From Rhodothermales bacterium (GTDB taxonomy: Bacteria; Bacteroidota; Rhodothermia; Rhodothermales; Bin80), in assembly GCA_965220365.1 (NCBI GenBank), contig OZ244823.1:3429125-3493124 (forward strand): a DNA stretch of 64,000 bases, written 5' to 3'. The notes below the pieces were generated by a model that did not search any database, was not told the origin of the DNA, and worked only from the letters and a program-made list of their open reading frames with translations. This document shows, in pieces, positions 1 to 9,900 of the stretch. A program made the translations under genes and the position numbers. How positions within the stretch are numbered: position 1 is the stretch's first letter; every line of letters begins with the position of its first letter.

Positions 1-1005
1 CTGCTCCTGGGATCCCATCTCGACTCCGTGGAAAATGGTGGGCGCTTTGATGGGACGCTGGGCATCGCGGCGGCCTTCGAAGTGATCCAGGTTCTACGTG
101 AGCACTATCCAGGTATACCGCTCGAGGTCATTGATTTTACCGATGAGGAAGGGACATGGGTGTCGCTCCTTGGGAGCCGTGCCGCATCCGGGCAGCTCAC
201 TCAAAAAGATCTTGACCATCCGAGAGGAGATCCCGAAGCTTTCCAGAGAGCACTTGAGGGGGCGGGGCTCACCAGCGAGGGGATCTTGTCCGCTACACGG
301 AATTCAAAGGATCTACATGCCTACCTCGAACTTCATATTGAACAAGGTACCCGGCTTGAGAAAAGCCAGACAGATATTGGAATCGTGACCGGGATGGTCG
401 GGATTCACATGTACCTTGTTACCTTCGGTGGGCAGGCCAACCACGCCGGAACCACTCCGATGAACGAGCGGCATGATGCAGCACTGGGGGCCAGTAAATT
501 TTGCCTGATGGTCCAGGAGACGGTCACCGAACAATTCCCTGATTGTGTCGCTACGGTAGGTCGAATGGACTTTTCACCAGGTGCCTTTAATATCGTAGCC
601 AATCAGGTAACCGTATTCATGGAACTGCGCACTGAAGATTCTGGTCGTGCAAAACAGTTACAGCAAGCACTACACAAGATGGCAAAGCATTCTGCAAAAG
701 AATTTGACCTGAATGTTAACTTTCAACACCTCGAGTCTGTAATTGAACGTAAGATGGATTATTCTATCATCGAAGCGCTTGAGTCAGGAGCACTTGCTCT
801 TGGGTTGACTAGTCGGCGCCTGCCCTCGCTGGCAGGACATGATGCACAGTCTATGGCACTGCTTTGCCCTTCTGGCTTGATTTTTGTCCCCTCAGTGGGA
901 GGATTCAGTCATTCTTCGCGGGAGTATACCCACTGGGATGACTGTGTGAAGGGAGCGAATGTACTCCTGAATGCCGCAAAACAACTTGCTGCATCTTTGG
1001 AATAA
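1..1005 (+). CDS. M20-family Zn-dependent amidohydrolase (allantoate amidohydrolase / N-carbamoyl-L-amino-acid hydrolase type); 5' end lies outside the window
   Basis: Frame 1 is open from base 1 (LLLGSHLDSVENGGRFDGTLG...), so the gene starts upstream of the listed Met at 28. The GSHLDSV, GGxFDG, HAGTTPM and AGHDAQ motifs are typical of the carbamoylase/hydantoinase M20 subgroup. Confidence 0.8.
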   Translation: MLLGSHLDSVENGGRFDGTLGIAAAFEVIQVLREHYPGIPLEVIDFTDEEGTWVSLLGSRAASGQLTQKDLDHPRGDPEAFQRALEGAGLTSEGILSATRNSKDLHAYLELHIEQGTRLEKSQTDIGIVTGMVGIHMYLVTFGGQANHAGTTPMNERHDAALGASKFCLMVQETVTEQFPDCVATVGRMDFSPGAFNIVANQVTVFMELRTEDSGRAKQLQQALHKMAKHSAKEFDLNVNFQHLESVIERKMDYSIIEALESGALALGLTSRRLPSLAGHDAQSMALLCPSGLIFVPSVGGFSHSSREYTHWDDCVKGANVLLNAAKQLAASLE

Positions 1006-1054
1006 TGTATAGCTTTACGACCCGGCACCAAACTCATTCGATCTAAACTCCATC

Positions 1055-2452
1055 ATGCTGCAGGAACAGAGTAGATTTTATCAGCAGTTGCTATTCTTTA
1101 CGGATATGATCCTTGTCGGGGGGGCCTGGATTGCTGCATACTATCTCCGTTTTGAAGTATTTGTTACTTGGCCGAGAGCCCTCCCTCAATGGGAGCCGCT
1201 GAGCAGGTATCTGACCTTTTTACCATGGATACTGATCTCGGCCGCTCTTACGTTCTGGGCATCAGGGCTTTATGTACCTGATCGGGCACAGCGGTGGACC
1301 AGCCTCATCCGAAGTGTTACAAAATCTGTCGTGCTAGCTCTGATCATCTCCATGGCATTTTTGTTTTTCTATCGCGATTTTAATGTTTCACGGCTGACCA
1401 TCATTTTCTTTGCCGCACTCACACCACTCTCTATGCTGGGTCTGCGGCTCTGTATCTACTTTTATGTACGCAATGCCCGCAGACGTGGACGTAATCTGCG
1501 CCGCGTCCTCATTGTTGGGGCTGGTCATGCAGGTCGGCGTTTGGCAAGATCCTTCGAGTTGTATCCGTGGATGGGCTTTCAGGTAGTTGGGTTTCTGGAC
1601 GACCATAAGACCGATGAGCCGGATGTTCTGGGAAAAGTCGATGAGGTACTACCCCTTTTAGATTCAGCATCCAATCCGATCCATTACGTATACATCGCTC
1701 TGCCCCTCCATGCTGTAGGAAAGATTGAACGGCTCATCAACTCTCTTTCTACACGCCTGGTACATGTCTGTCTCGTTCCTGACCTCCTGCAGCACGATAT
1801 TATCAACAGCCGAATTACGGATGTAGATGGGCTTCCTGTCCTACACATCATTGACGAGGCACCTATGGATTTTCGCCGCTTTGTCAAACGAAGCCTGGAT
1901 TTTGTGTTCTCTCTCATGATTCTGATTCTCCTGTCACCTCTGCTGCTCATCATCGCTCTGTTGGTCATTCTATCCTCCAAGGGACCGGTTCTTTACCGGC
2001 AGGAGCGCATGGGACTCAATGGCAAGTGCTTCCATATGCTGAAATTTCGTTCCATGCCGATCACCGCAGAGAAGGAATCTGGAGCTGTCTGGGCAAAGAA
2101 AGGCGAAAACCGGGCAACCCCGATCGGAAGGATCCTCCGGCGTACATCTCTTGATGAACTGCCCCAGTTCATCAATGTGCTCAAGGGAGATATGTCTGTG
2201 GTCGGCCCACGGCCCGAAAGACCGGTATTCATTAAAGATTTCAAGGACCGTATCCCCCGCTATATGCTTCGTCATAAAATGAAGGCGGGCATTACTGGTT
2301 GGGCACAGGTCAATGGATGGCGCGGAAATACCTCCCTGGAAAAACGGATCCAGCACGATCTCTACTACATTCAAAACTGGTCTTTGCGTCTGGATGTGAA
2401 GATTATGATCCTGACGGTCTGGAAAGGATTTATCAATCGCAACGCATATTGA
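1055..2452 (+). CDS. Polyprenyl-phosphate sugar phosphotransferase (exopolysaccharide/WcaJ-type initiating 'bacterial sugar transferase')
   Basis: 465 aa with N-terminal TM helices and a central Rossmann-like segment (VLIVGAGHAGRRL). The C-terminal bacterial sugar transferase core shows GPVLYRQERMG, KFRSM, DELPQFINVLKGDMSVVGPRPERP. Confidence 0.85.
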   Translation: MLQEQSRFYQQLLFFTDMILVGGAWIAAYYLRFEVFVTWPRALPQWEPLSRYLTFLPWILISAALTFWASGLYVPDRAQRWTSLIRSVTKSVVLALIISMAFLFFYRDFNVSRLTIIFFAALTPLSMLGLRLCIYFYVRNARRRGRNLRRVLIVGAGHAGRRLARSFELYPWMGFQVVGFLDDHKTDEPDVLGKVDEVLPLLDSASNPIHYVYIALPLHAVGKIERLINSLSTRLVHVCLVPDLLQHDIINSRITDVDGLPVLHIIDEAPMDFRRFVKRSLDFVFSLMILILLSPLLLIIALLVILSSKGPVLYRQERMGLNGKCFHMLKFRSMPITAEKESGAVWAKKGENRATPIGRILRRTSLDELPQFINVLKGDMSVVGPRPERPVFIKDFKDRIPRYMLRHKMKAGITGWAQVNGWRGNTSLEKRIQHDLYYIQNWSLRLDVKIMILTVWKGFINRNAY

Positions 2453-2461
2453 TTTAGGACC

Positions 2462-4459
2462 TTGATTCAGTTACAGAACATTGCGGTTACGCTCGGGGGA
2501 AACCCGATTCTTAAAGGACTCACCTGGACCGTTGGCGATGGGAAGCGTATTGGACTGATTGGGCCCAACGGTGCAGGAAAGACAACCTTGTTACGGGTGA
2601 TTGGAGGATATTTGGAAACCGATGGCGGTGAAATTGCCCACTCGGGCTCTGTCGGTTATCTGGCACAGGATGTGCAGGAGATGAACTCCGGCCGATCTGT
2701 CATTGAGGAAACTCTGACCGCCTTCGAAGCCATCGAGGCACTCCAGGAACGGGAAGAAGAATTGACCCGTGCCCTTGAAACCCCTGGAGCCCGTCAGGAA
2801 AAAATTCTACTGGAGTTGGACCTCATCCATGAGCGTCTCGCCGTTCAGGGAGCACACTCCGCACAAGCGCGTGCAGAAGCAGTCCTGGAAGGTCTGGGAT
2901 TCGTCTCTGATGACCTCGACCGCCCCATCAATACGCTCTCTGGAGGGTATCGAATGCGAGTGGCACTTGCACGTATTTTGCTGCAAAATCCAGATGTACT
3001 GCTCCTCGATGAACCTACCAATCATCTTGATATCCTCAGTATTGACTGGTTGGAGAAATACCTGAAAAACTATGCTGGTACCGTTATCCTGGTGTCCCAT
3101 GACCGTTACTTTCTGAATCGAATGATTGACACGGTCGCCCATCTGTACCGTGGCCAGGTTACAGAATATGCGGGGAATTATGACTACTTCCTGGTGGAGC
3201 GGGAAAAACGACGTGTCCTCGAACAGGCTGCCTACGAAAATCAACAGCGCGAAATCCAACAAGCTGAGCGATTCATTGCACGCTTTCGATACAAGGCCTC
3301 AAAAGCACGACAAGTCCAGAGCCGTATCAAGCACCTGGATAAACTTGAGCGCCTTGCACCGCCGGAATCCCCGGATGCACAAATCCGAATCCGATTCCCT
3401 TCGCCCAACCCGTCGGGCCGGACGGTCTTGTCACTCACTACGTTCTCAAAGGTGTACACCAGTGCAGATGCACCGGCGGTGCACGTATTTGACCAGACTG
3501 GCCCCTTGCAAATCAGTCGCGGGCAAAAAATTGCGCTCATCGGTAAAAACGGCGCCGGCAAATCCACTCTGGCACGAATCCTCTTCGGAAGCGAAGCGAT
3601 TGAGGGCGAGCGTAAGGAAGGGCATAATGTAAGCGTGCGGTTTTTCGCTCAACACCAGGCAGATGCATTGACCGAAACCGATACCGTACTGGAATCCTTG
3701 AACCGGGAAGCCATCGGACGTGAAGAGGTCTATCTTCGCACTCTACTGGGGGCATTCCTGTTCACCGGGGACGACGTATTTAAACCGGTCCGTGCGCTCT
3801 CAGGAGGCGAAAAGAGTCGTTTGGCACTCGCCCGAACCCTCGTGAACCCGGCTAATTTTCTGATCCTGGACGAACCGACCAACCACCTTGATATTCAGTC
3901 CATCAAAGTACTCATTGAAGCGCTCCGTCAGTATGATGGCACGTTTGTGGTAGTAAGTCATGACCGTCATTTCCTTGACCATGTAGCTAATGTCATCTGG
4001 CATGTTGGGGATCAGAGAGTACGTACCTATGAGGGAACCTACTCTGAATACCAATGGGCTTTGGATCATGGCTCTCTCAAACAGACTAGGCACGATCGGC
4101 AGATTCCTCTCAAGTCAACCCCAAAAACGCGCCCCCGGTCTGGTGGCCCCAAAACGAAAGAAGAAAAGCGACGCGAAGCGGAGGCACGTAACCGGGCCTA
4201 TCGTGAAGCGAAGATGAACGGCCATTCGAAGCCGGATGAACTCACCCACCACCAGCGAAAACAGCTCTGCGACGCAGCGGAAGCAGCCATCGCAGAGGCA
4301 GAGGCACGGAAGCTCGTTGCGGAAAAAGCTTTAGCCGACCCAAACACCTATTCAGATCCGGTACGCTCCCAGGAAGCAACCAATGCCTATGCGACCATTA
4401 AGAAAGAGTTGGATGATCTGTATACGAATTGGGAAGCACTGATGGAGTCATTACAATGA
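2462..4459 (+). CDS. ABC-F family ATPase (two ABC domains, no TM domain, C-terminal coiled coil; Uup/EttA-like)
   Basis: Two Walker A motifs (GPNGAGKTT, GKNGAGKST), two LSGG signatures (LSGGYRMR, LSGGEKSR), two Walker B motifs (LLLDEPTNHLD, LILDEPTNHLD), and a Lys/Glu-rich tail. TTG start as given in the ORF track. Confidence 0.9.
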   Translation: MIQLQNIAVTLGGNPILKGLTWTVGDGKRIGLIGPNGAGKTTLLRVIGGYLETDGGEIAHSGSVGYLAQDVQEMNSGRSVIEETLTAFEAIEALQEREEELTRALETPGARQEKILLELDLIHERLAVQGAHSAQARAEAVLEGLGFVSDDLDRPINTLSGGYRMRVALARILLQNPDVLLLDEPTNHLDILSIDWLEKYLKNYAGTVILVSHDRYFLNRMIDTVAHLYRGQVTEYAGNYDYFLVEREKRRVLEQAAYENQQREIQQAERFIARFRYKASKARQVQSRIKHLDKLERLAPPESPDAQIRIRFPSPNPSGRTVLSLTTFSKVYTSADAPAVHVFDQTGPLQISRGQKIALIGKNGAGKSTLARILFGSEAIEGERKEGHNVSVRFFAQHQADALTETDTVLESLNREAIGREEVYLRTLLGAFLFTGDDVFKPVRALSGGEKSRLALARTLVNPANFLILDEPTNHLDIQSIKVLIEALRQYDGTFVVVSHDRHFLDHVANVIWHVGDQRVRTYEGTYSEYQWALDHGSLKQTRHDRQIPLKSTPKTRPRSGGPKTKEEKRREAEARNRAYREAKMNGHSKPDELTHHQRKQLCDAAEAAIAEAEARKLVAEKALADPNTYSDPVRSQEATNAYATIKKELDDLYTNWEALMESLQ

Positions 4460-5649
4460 AAGGTTCTCGTATGCGCACTTGCTTGAGATTCGGTGCGGTA
4501 CTTGTCTGGGGGCTTAGCCTCACATTCTGTGCACAGGGGCAGATTACGAAACTGCCGCACGCCGACACAACTAGTGGAAATTACTTTGGAACTGCCGTCG
4601 CACTGGATGGACATCGGGCAATTGTAGGGGCCAGCGGTGAAAAATCATGTGGTGATGGAGGTGGAGCCGCTTACATCTTTGAACTGACCGATTCTACCGG
4701 ATATTGGGAAAAAACGGCACGGCTTCTGCCCAAGGACTGTGTGGCGGGGCTCACTTTTGGACGAAAAGTGGCGATTGACGACCGCATAGCTCTCGTCGCC
4801 GCCAGCCTGGAATACTTTGCAACCGAGCGCTCGAATGCAATCTACGTGTACGAGGAAAATGACGCCGGAGAATGGAATCAAACTGCACGCCTAACCGGTG
4901 GAGACAGCCGGGGCGCTGTCGGTGCGGCCGTCACCATCCATAATAACCGTGCACTCTTTACCACCACCGGAGACCCAACACCTGGCAGCCAAAAGGATGG
5001 CGCTGCCTACATCTACGAGAAAGAAAATGAACGCTGGAGCCTGGAACACCAATTAGTCGGTTCCGGGAATATCCGAAGAGGCATTTTTGGCGGGAACGCA
5101 GCACTTCATGATAATATTCTGGCCGTAGCAAGTAGTGCCTATTTCAGTCGGCAGGCCGGATCAGTATATATCTTTGAGCTCGATCAGCATGGATCCTGGT
5201 CTGAGTCTACCCGGCTGGAAGGGATTGAGGACTTTTATATTTCGCTGGATCTCTATGGGAATGAGCTGCTCGTCGGGCAGGCTAGGGCTGGTTCTCGCGA
5301 GTCTGGACAAGCGACACTTTTTACGCAAGATTCGACAGGGGCCTGGCTGAAGACGGCCACTTTGGAACCGCCAACCCCCTACCGAAAAGGAGCTTTTGGC
5401 ACTGAGGTAGCACTTTACAAGGATCGTGCACTGGTGGTTGGCTATGATGAACAGCTACGCCTGAATTTCAATGTCGATCGTGTGGTGTACATCTATGCCC
5501 GCCACGATGGGCAATGGCGCTACCAGGGAATTATTGATATTGGGGAGGCTGCATTTGGCAACTCTATTGACTTGTATGAGAATACCGCACTCGTCGGTGC
5601 TGCAGGGAGCTCAGGTGCGGGTAAGGCCTATGTCATCAGAATTCCATGA
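4456..5649 (+). CDS. Secreted repeat protein (FG-GAP/beta-propeller-like repeats)
   Basis: Start moved to the ATG at 4456 (MKGSRMRTCLRFGAVLVWGLSLTFCAQG, a signal peptide), which forms an ATGA overlap with the ABC-F stop. Contains a repeated unit of the form '...ALVGA..G.....GAAYIF/YVY..'. Confidence 0.6.
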   Translation: MKGSRMRTCLRFGAVLVWGLSLTFCAQGQITKLPHADTTSGNYFGTAVALDGHRAIVGASGEKSCGDGGGAAYIFELTDSTGYWEKTARLLPKDCVAGLTFGRKVAIDDRIALVAASLEYFATERSNAIYVYEENDAGEWNQTARLTGGDSRGAVGAAVTIHNNRALFTTTGDPTPGSQKDGAAYIYEKENERWSLEHQLVGSGNIRRGIFGGNAALHDNILAVASSAYFSRQAGSVYIFELDQHGSWSESTRLEGIEDFYISLDLYGNELLVGQARAGSRESGQATLFTQDSTGAWLKTATLEPPTPYRKGAFGTEVALYKDRALVVGYDEQLRLNFNVDRVVYIYARHDGQWRYQGIIDIGEAAFGNSIDLYENTALVGAAGSSGAGKAYVIRIP

Positions 5650-6230
5650 ACCCGGATATGCTACTTGAGAGCGTCGCTGTCCTGACAGGTATCCTGTGCG
5701 TATGGCTGAACGTTCGGCAAAATATCTGGACATGGCCGACTGCAATCATCAGCAGCATCCTTTTTGGAATTGTGTTCTTTGAGGCACGGCTCTATACCAC
5801 GATGCTCCTGCAGGGGCTCTTCATTGGGATATCGGTTTATGGGTGGAAATCCTGGTTAACCGGTGGCCCAGGGGGCGGAATCCTGTTCGTGACCCGACTT
5901 CGCCAAATGACGGGGGTAGTCCTGCTTCTGCTCGCGCTGATAGGGACTACAGGACTTGCTCTCGCTCTCAACTACATCACCGCATCCGACTATCCGATCC
6001 TTGAAGGCCTCACCACTACGCTGAGTGTGATCGCCAGTTGGATGGCGGCCCGGAAAATTCTTGAAAGCTGGGTAGTCTGGATCGTCACCGACGTGATTTA
6101 TGTTGGGCTGTACCTCGGAACTGAGCTTTATCTCACACTTCTCTTGTACTTGTTGTACCTGGGTTTGGCAACGGCAGGATTTGTCGCCTGGCGTGATTCT
6201 TATCGTAATCATCTTCACAGAGCAATCTGA
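5646..6230 (+). CDS. pnuC: Nicotinamide riboside transporter PnuC family
   Basis: 194-aa polytopic membrane protein. The N-terminus (VLTGILCVWLNVRQNIWTWPTAIISSILFGIVFF...Y) matches the PnuC signature region. ATGA overlap with the upstream gene. Confidence 0.8.
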   Translation: MNPDMLLESVAVLTGILCVWLNVRQNIWTWPTAIISSILFGIVFFEARLYTTMLLQGLFIGISVYGWKSWLTGGPGGGILFVTRLRQMTGVVLLLLALIGTTGLALALNYITASDYPILEGLTTTLSVIASWMAARKILESWVVWIVTDVIYVGLYLGTELYLTLLLYLLYLGLATAGFVAWRDSYRNHLHRAI

Positions 6231-6577
6231 GATCCACACACCATCTTCAAAGAAACGTTCAATTGACGTTCCTATATCTACATTGAGTCATGAACAGATG
6301 CAAGTTGAAATGCTCAGTGTCAATTAGGCCGCAATCCACGCCTCAATTCGTGGTCAATTTTCGTGGGCGTCGGCTGGCTCATGGTAAGTGCGTGTGGTAC
6401 CAAAGAAGTCGCCGACCAAAGCGCTGAGGCCAGCTGGGCGCGAGCATTTTTCACCGCCTATTTTCCGATATAGTACGGCATATCTGTTGGTGCCGCGTGT
6501 AAGGCTTCGGCCACTCCTGCTGTAGTTAGCCTGCCAGATCCCCCTCCGACGACGGGCCTGTCGTAGTCGCACCGCAC

Positions 6578-8818
6578 TCAATAATGGAAGGTATGCGTGT
6601 ACTTGACAAGCACGGTGCGTACTTCTGTCGTCGGCAGGCGAGGCAACACTCGGCCCCGATCCGTATTCAGGTTCTGGTTATAGACCACCCACAGGTCGTT
6701 GCCTTCCCTGAAATTGTACCGCACGCGTATGTTACCACTGACTACGTGCTGAATGCTATTGAATTGGATAAAGACATTTGCGCTGAACTTGGCATTCAAT
6801 GCACTGCCAATTCGAAGGCGACCCAAGTGTGCCAGAAACGTGTCATTGCGTGACGGAAAGCGAATACGTGTCAACTGGTAGGAACCCGACAGTTCAAGAT
6901 GCTTCGACAGATACCAGATAGGTCTTGCACCTACGGCCACTTGCCAGCCGTCGTAAAATGCACCGGTTTGAATGTGGGGACGTATTTGGAAAAGTCTTGT
7001 GTGTGACACATTGTATTTTGCCCCTATACGAAAAAAATTGTATCGACCGGCTGGAATCTGCACCTGGTCTGACAGCGCAAAGGGTGCCTCCAGGAGTTCC
7101 GACTGGATCTTGAATTCTAAGCCACCTCCCGCACCGCTCTTTGCTACGAAATCCCACTCTGGACCTATTTCGGCAGTTTCGATCTCAAAGGACGGGCTGA
7201 AAAAAGCAAATCCGCGCAAGCTAGGCCGGTGCCAGATAAGGGGAGAGTCGGAGCCCTTGACCCAGGTGTACGACATCGTATGGTCCACAAGGAAGTAATC
7301 GATTCGTTGCGTGAATCCTATGCCTGGGTTGTATGCGGAGCCGGCCCACTCTGCGATTGAGTTGTAGCCCCATCCCCGCCGTCTACGCCGTTCCGCAGAT
7401 ATGGCAATGCGCGTAGCATCAAATATGTTGACATCTCGCGCTTCGTGATCTATGGATTGCGACCATTGATAGATCAGGAAGTCTTCACCTTTCAAATGAA
7501 CGATACCATCGAGGCCAAAGGCTAAGTTGTATTTGCCGTTCCGTCCCAGTCGGCTCGTGAGCATACCACCGAGGCGGCTTAGTCCGTCACGCATTTGACG
7601 GCGTAGCCGTAGGACCCCGAAGTTTTCTGAGGATCGCATGTCACTAACGCCGGTTTGCAGACCCAGCAGCCCAAAATCCCATCCGCCGATGCGGCCCACC
7701 ATGCGTCCGCCGCCCCAGATACGCACGGGCTGACCAGCCTCATCCAGACCGATGCGTCGACTGTGAAAGAGCCGACTTTGGCTTCCTACGCGAAAGTCGA
7801 ACAGTCCAGAACGCTCCTGAAAGAACTGTCTTTTCTCAGGATAGAAGAGAGAAAATCGCGTCAGATTGACCTGCTGATCATCTGCTTCCACTTGGGCAAA
7901 ATCGGTATTGAATGTCAAGTCAGCCGTCACGTTATTGGTCAATCCGTATTTGAGATCCAGCCCACCCCTCCACGAGTTAGTGCGCGCGTCCTGGGCGGCG
8001 CTAGGCCGCGATTCAGTACCGCCCAAGCCGTAGGCGGTCACGTAAAGCGGCCGCTCAGACTTAATGCCCTCAAACACGATTTTTTTTGCCAAGGAGGGTT
8101 TGAGAAAGGCCCAATCGGCTACTGGCGGTACAGGGGGAAACACGAGACGCTCGGTTTTGCGCGCAACCTTGCGCTGGAGTGCGATTCCCATTACCACGGC
8201 ACCCTCTTTATTTTGGAACCGCAAGCTGCTGATCGGAACACGAACCTCAGCGAACCACCCTTCGGGGTTAATCGTCGTGGCTACATCCCAGTACGTGTTG
8301 AAATCTCCGTTTATCCAGCCGCCGGTAAAGATCCCACCTCCGCTTGCATCATTGGAAATGGCCGCGTCCTTACGTATACCGGCTGGAGTCGTCGTAAAGA
8401 GCAGGGCCGTCTCGTTATCGTTAAATGTATCAAGCAAGATTTCAAAATGATCATCTCCACTCAGGCGGTCGCGGTACAGGGTATTAGCACGAAGCCCGTT
8501 GGGGTCGCTGTCGAATGCGCGTAGCGCGAAGTACACATACTCGTCGTCGTAGGCCACCAGGAACTCGGTTTGTTCGGTCGCCGGCGCGCCATTGTTGGGC
8601 TCGTACTGTACTGGGATCCAAGGCACAACCGAATCCCAAGCAGCTTCGGTGCTGATGCCATCCAGCGTGACGGGACCCACTACACGTGGAATGGTCAGAG
8701 GCGGATGCGTTTGTGCAGAAGCGCCGTTGACCGTCCCGAGAAGCACCACGAACATAAGAATGAAGCGCATAAGCACAGAGCAGAACCGATCTATGTTAGT
8801 CAAATCCAAAATTTCCAT
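6578..8818 (-). CDS. Secreted/outer-membrane DUF5916-type protein with an N-terminal CBM9/DOMON-like domain
   Basis: I start the long minus ORF at the ATG at 8818 because AAGGAGG lies 6 nt upstream of it. A signal-like segment (MRFILMFVVLLGTVNGASAQ) follows. The CBM9-like block reads PVTLDGISTEAAWDSV...FLVAYDDEYVYFALRAFD...DHFEILLDTFND. The C-terminal part is beta-rich. Confidence 0.7.
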   Translation of the reverse strand: MEILDLTNIDRFCSVLMRFILMFVVLLGTVNGASAQTHPPLTIPRVVGPVTLDGISTEAAWDSVVPWIPVQYEPNNGAPATEQTEFLVAYDDEYVYFALRAFDSDPNGLRANTLYRDRLSGDDHFEILLDTFNDNETALLFTTTPAGIRKDAAISNDASGGGIFTGGWINGDFNTYWDVATTINPEGWFAEVRVPISSLRFQNKEGAVVMGIALQRKVARKTERLVFPPVPPVADWAFLKPSLAKKIVFEGIKSERPLYVTAYGLGGTESRPSAAQDARTNSWRGGLDLKYGLTNNVTADLTFNTDFAQVEADDQQVNLTRFSLFYPEKRQFFQERSGLFDFRVGSQSRLFHSRRIGLDEAGQPVRIWGGGRMVGRIGGWDFGLLGLQTGVSDMRSSENFGVLRLRRQMRDGLSRLGGMLTSRLGRNGKYNLAFGLDGIVHLKGEDFLIYQWSQSIDHEARDVNIFDATRIAISAERRRRRGWGYNSIAEWAGSAYNPGIGFTQRIDYFLVDHTMSYTWVKGSDSPLIWHRPSLRGFAFFSPSFEIETAEIGPEWDFVAKSGAGGGLEFKIQSELLEAPFALSDQVQIPAGRYNFFRIGAKYNVSHTRLFQIRPHIQTGAFYDGWQVAVGARPIWYLSKHLELSGSYQLTRIRFPSRNDTFLAHLGRLRIGSALNAKFSANVFIQFNSIQHVVSGNIRVRYNFREGNDLWVVYNQNLNTDRGRVLPRLPTTEVRTVLVKYTHTFHY

Positions 8819-9159
8819 GTCAGGCCTCCTTGATCGGTGAACGAATCGGGGGAAGGGCTTGGCACCACATAGGACGGATGGTACAACTTGTAAGTCTTGT
8901 GCGCCTGATACAGAACTGCACATCGTGCACCGGTTCGGGTGCTGCTCATGCCTGCGGCCCATAACGGGGTTAGGTCAATCATGGCTTGGATCGTTCCAGC
9001 CTCTATTTCCTCGTACTCCGGCTACATGATCCCAAAGTTATTCGACTTCGGATAGGCGCTGCGTTCGCCGGAATCAACATGACAAGTGCATGGTAGCTGC
9101 TTAGCCCGGTTCAACGATTCGGCATCGAACTGGATTCCAGGCGCAATATGCGTGCGCAA

Positions 9160-9300
9160 CACGACCACGGTACATAGCAAGTGCCTCGACGAATCCATTG
9201 CCGCCAAAACGCAGGTACGAGTGTGGGCATCCAGACCCAGATAAACAGATTTGTGCATCACTGCAAAGGTCTAATGATCATCTCACTGCCATCTTAGACA
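9160..9300 (-). pseudogene. 5' fragment of an IS110-family element (about 40 nt leader plus the first 25-30 codons)
   Basis: MMHKSVYLGLDAHTRTCVLAAMDS aligns with MEDVLYLGLDAHARTCVLSAMNS of the intact IS110 transposase at 14600-15736. DNA similarity by eye also covers AGGTCTAA(A)TGA just upstream of the ATG. The similarity is lost after about 30 codons. Confidence 0.5.
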
Positions 9301-9657
9301 ACCGTACTGCGCCTCTCAAAATTTCGTGCTGAAATGTTCTTCGTTGTACAGCGTTGTGGCATGTTCATAACGAGCACAGTCATAACCCTGCGCCAGAATC
9401 TGTTTCTCTCGTTGGCTCGCTCTCGTAACCAAGATCGTGAGATAGTTCGGGCACCTTGATACGGAAGTGAACTGCTGCGAAACGACAAGCAAATTTCAAG
9501 TCCTCGATTTGGCGGACGCACCGACAGTAATTCCAGTTAATGGATACGAGAATATTACCAAAAGTTGTATATTGGGCCCGCGAACGCGTGCACGATACGT
9601 TGCCTACACACTCAAACAATTTTTTTTGCAAAACGCTATTACCTATGAATATTACCT

Positions 9658-9713
9658 ATGAATGAAAAACGTTTTTGTCTGGGGAAATCCCTCCCCGCCC
9701 CCTCTAAAAAATT
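9658..9713 (+). pseudogene. Detached 5' end (18 codons) of the Cys-rich lipoprotein gene split by the IS1595-type element
   Basis: ATG at 9658 gives MNEKRFCLGKSLPAPSKK. Removing 9714-12490 joins it in frame to FHFGHFSRGLIPVCITLLAISFGLSIASC at 12491 onward, which gives a complete lipoprotein signal peptide. Confidence 0.55.
9706..9713. repeat. 8-bp target-site duplication AAAAAATT (left copy) of IS1595-type element 1
   Basis: Identical octamer at 12483-12490, immediately outside the 25-bp inverted repeats. Confidence 0.8.
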
Positions 9714-9726
9714 GGTAATTATGTAC

Positions 9727-9900
9727 TTAACTGTAACCCTTGCTGGTTTCAGAATCCGATTTCGATTTTTTCGGCTTGGATTTCAAGCGCTGCAGTACCT
9801 GGTTAGGCGTAAGCCCACCGTAACGCGGGTTCGGACTGGGAGTGTTCATGTCGCGGTTGAACTGCGCTAATATCTCGGATTTGGTCTTTTCTTGTTTCAT
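9727..9900 (-). CDS. Small conserved ORF (57 aa) at the left end of the IS1595-type element
   Basis: Too short for the ORF track, so translated by hand: MKQEKTKSEILAQFNRDMNTPSPNPRYGGLTPNQVLQRLKSKPKKSKSDSETSKGYS. ATGA overlap with the endonuclease stop, and its own stop lies inside the inverted repeat. A related ORF sits at the same position in element 2 (54098-54283; shared NP[RK]Y[GN]G[LI]T). Confidence 0.4.
   Translation of the reverse strand: MKQEKTKSEILAQFNRDMNTPSPNPRYGGLTPNQVLQRLKSKPKKSKSDSETSKGYS

Noticed and set aside
7655-8524. 289-aa plus-strand ORF inside the DUF5916-type gene, and similarly 50667-51458 inside mutS2.
   Set aside because: Both are antisense to long genes with clear family motifs, and they have no signal or motif of their own.
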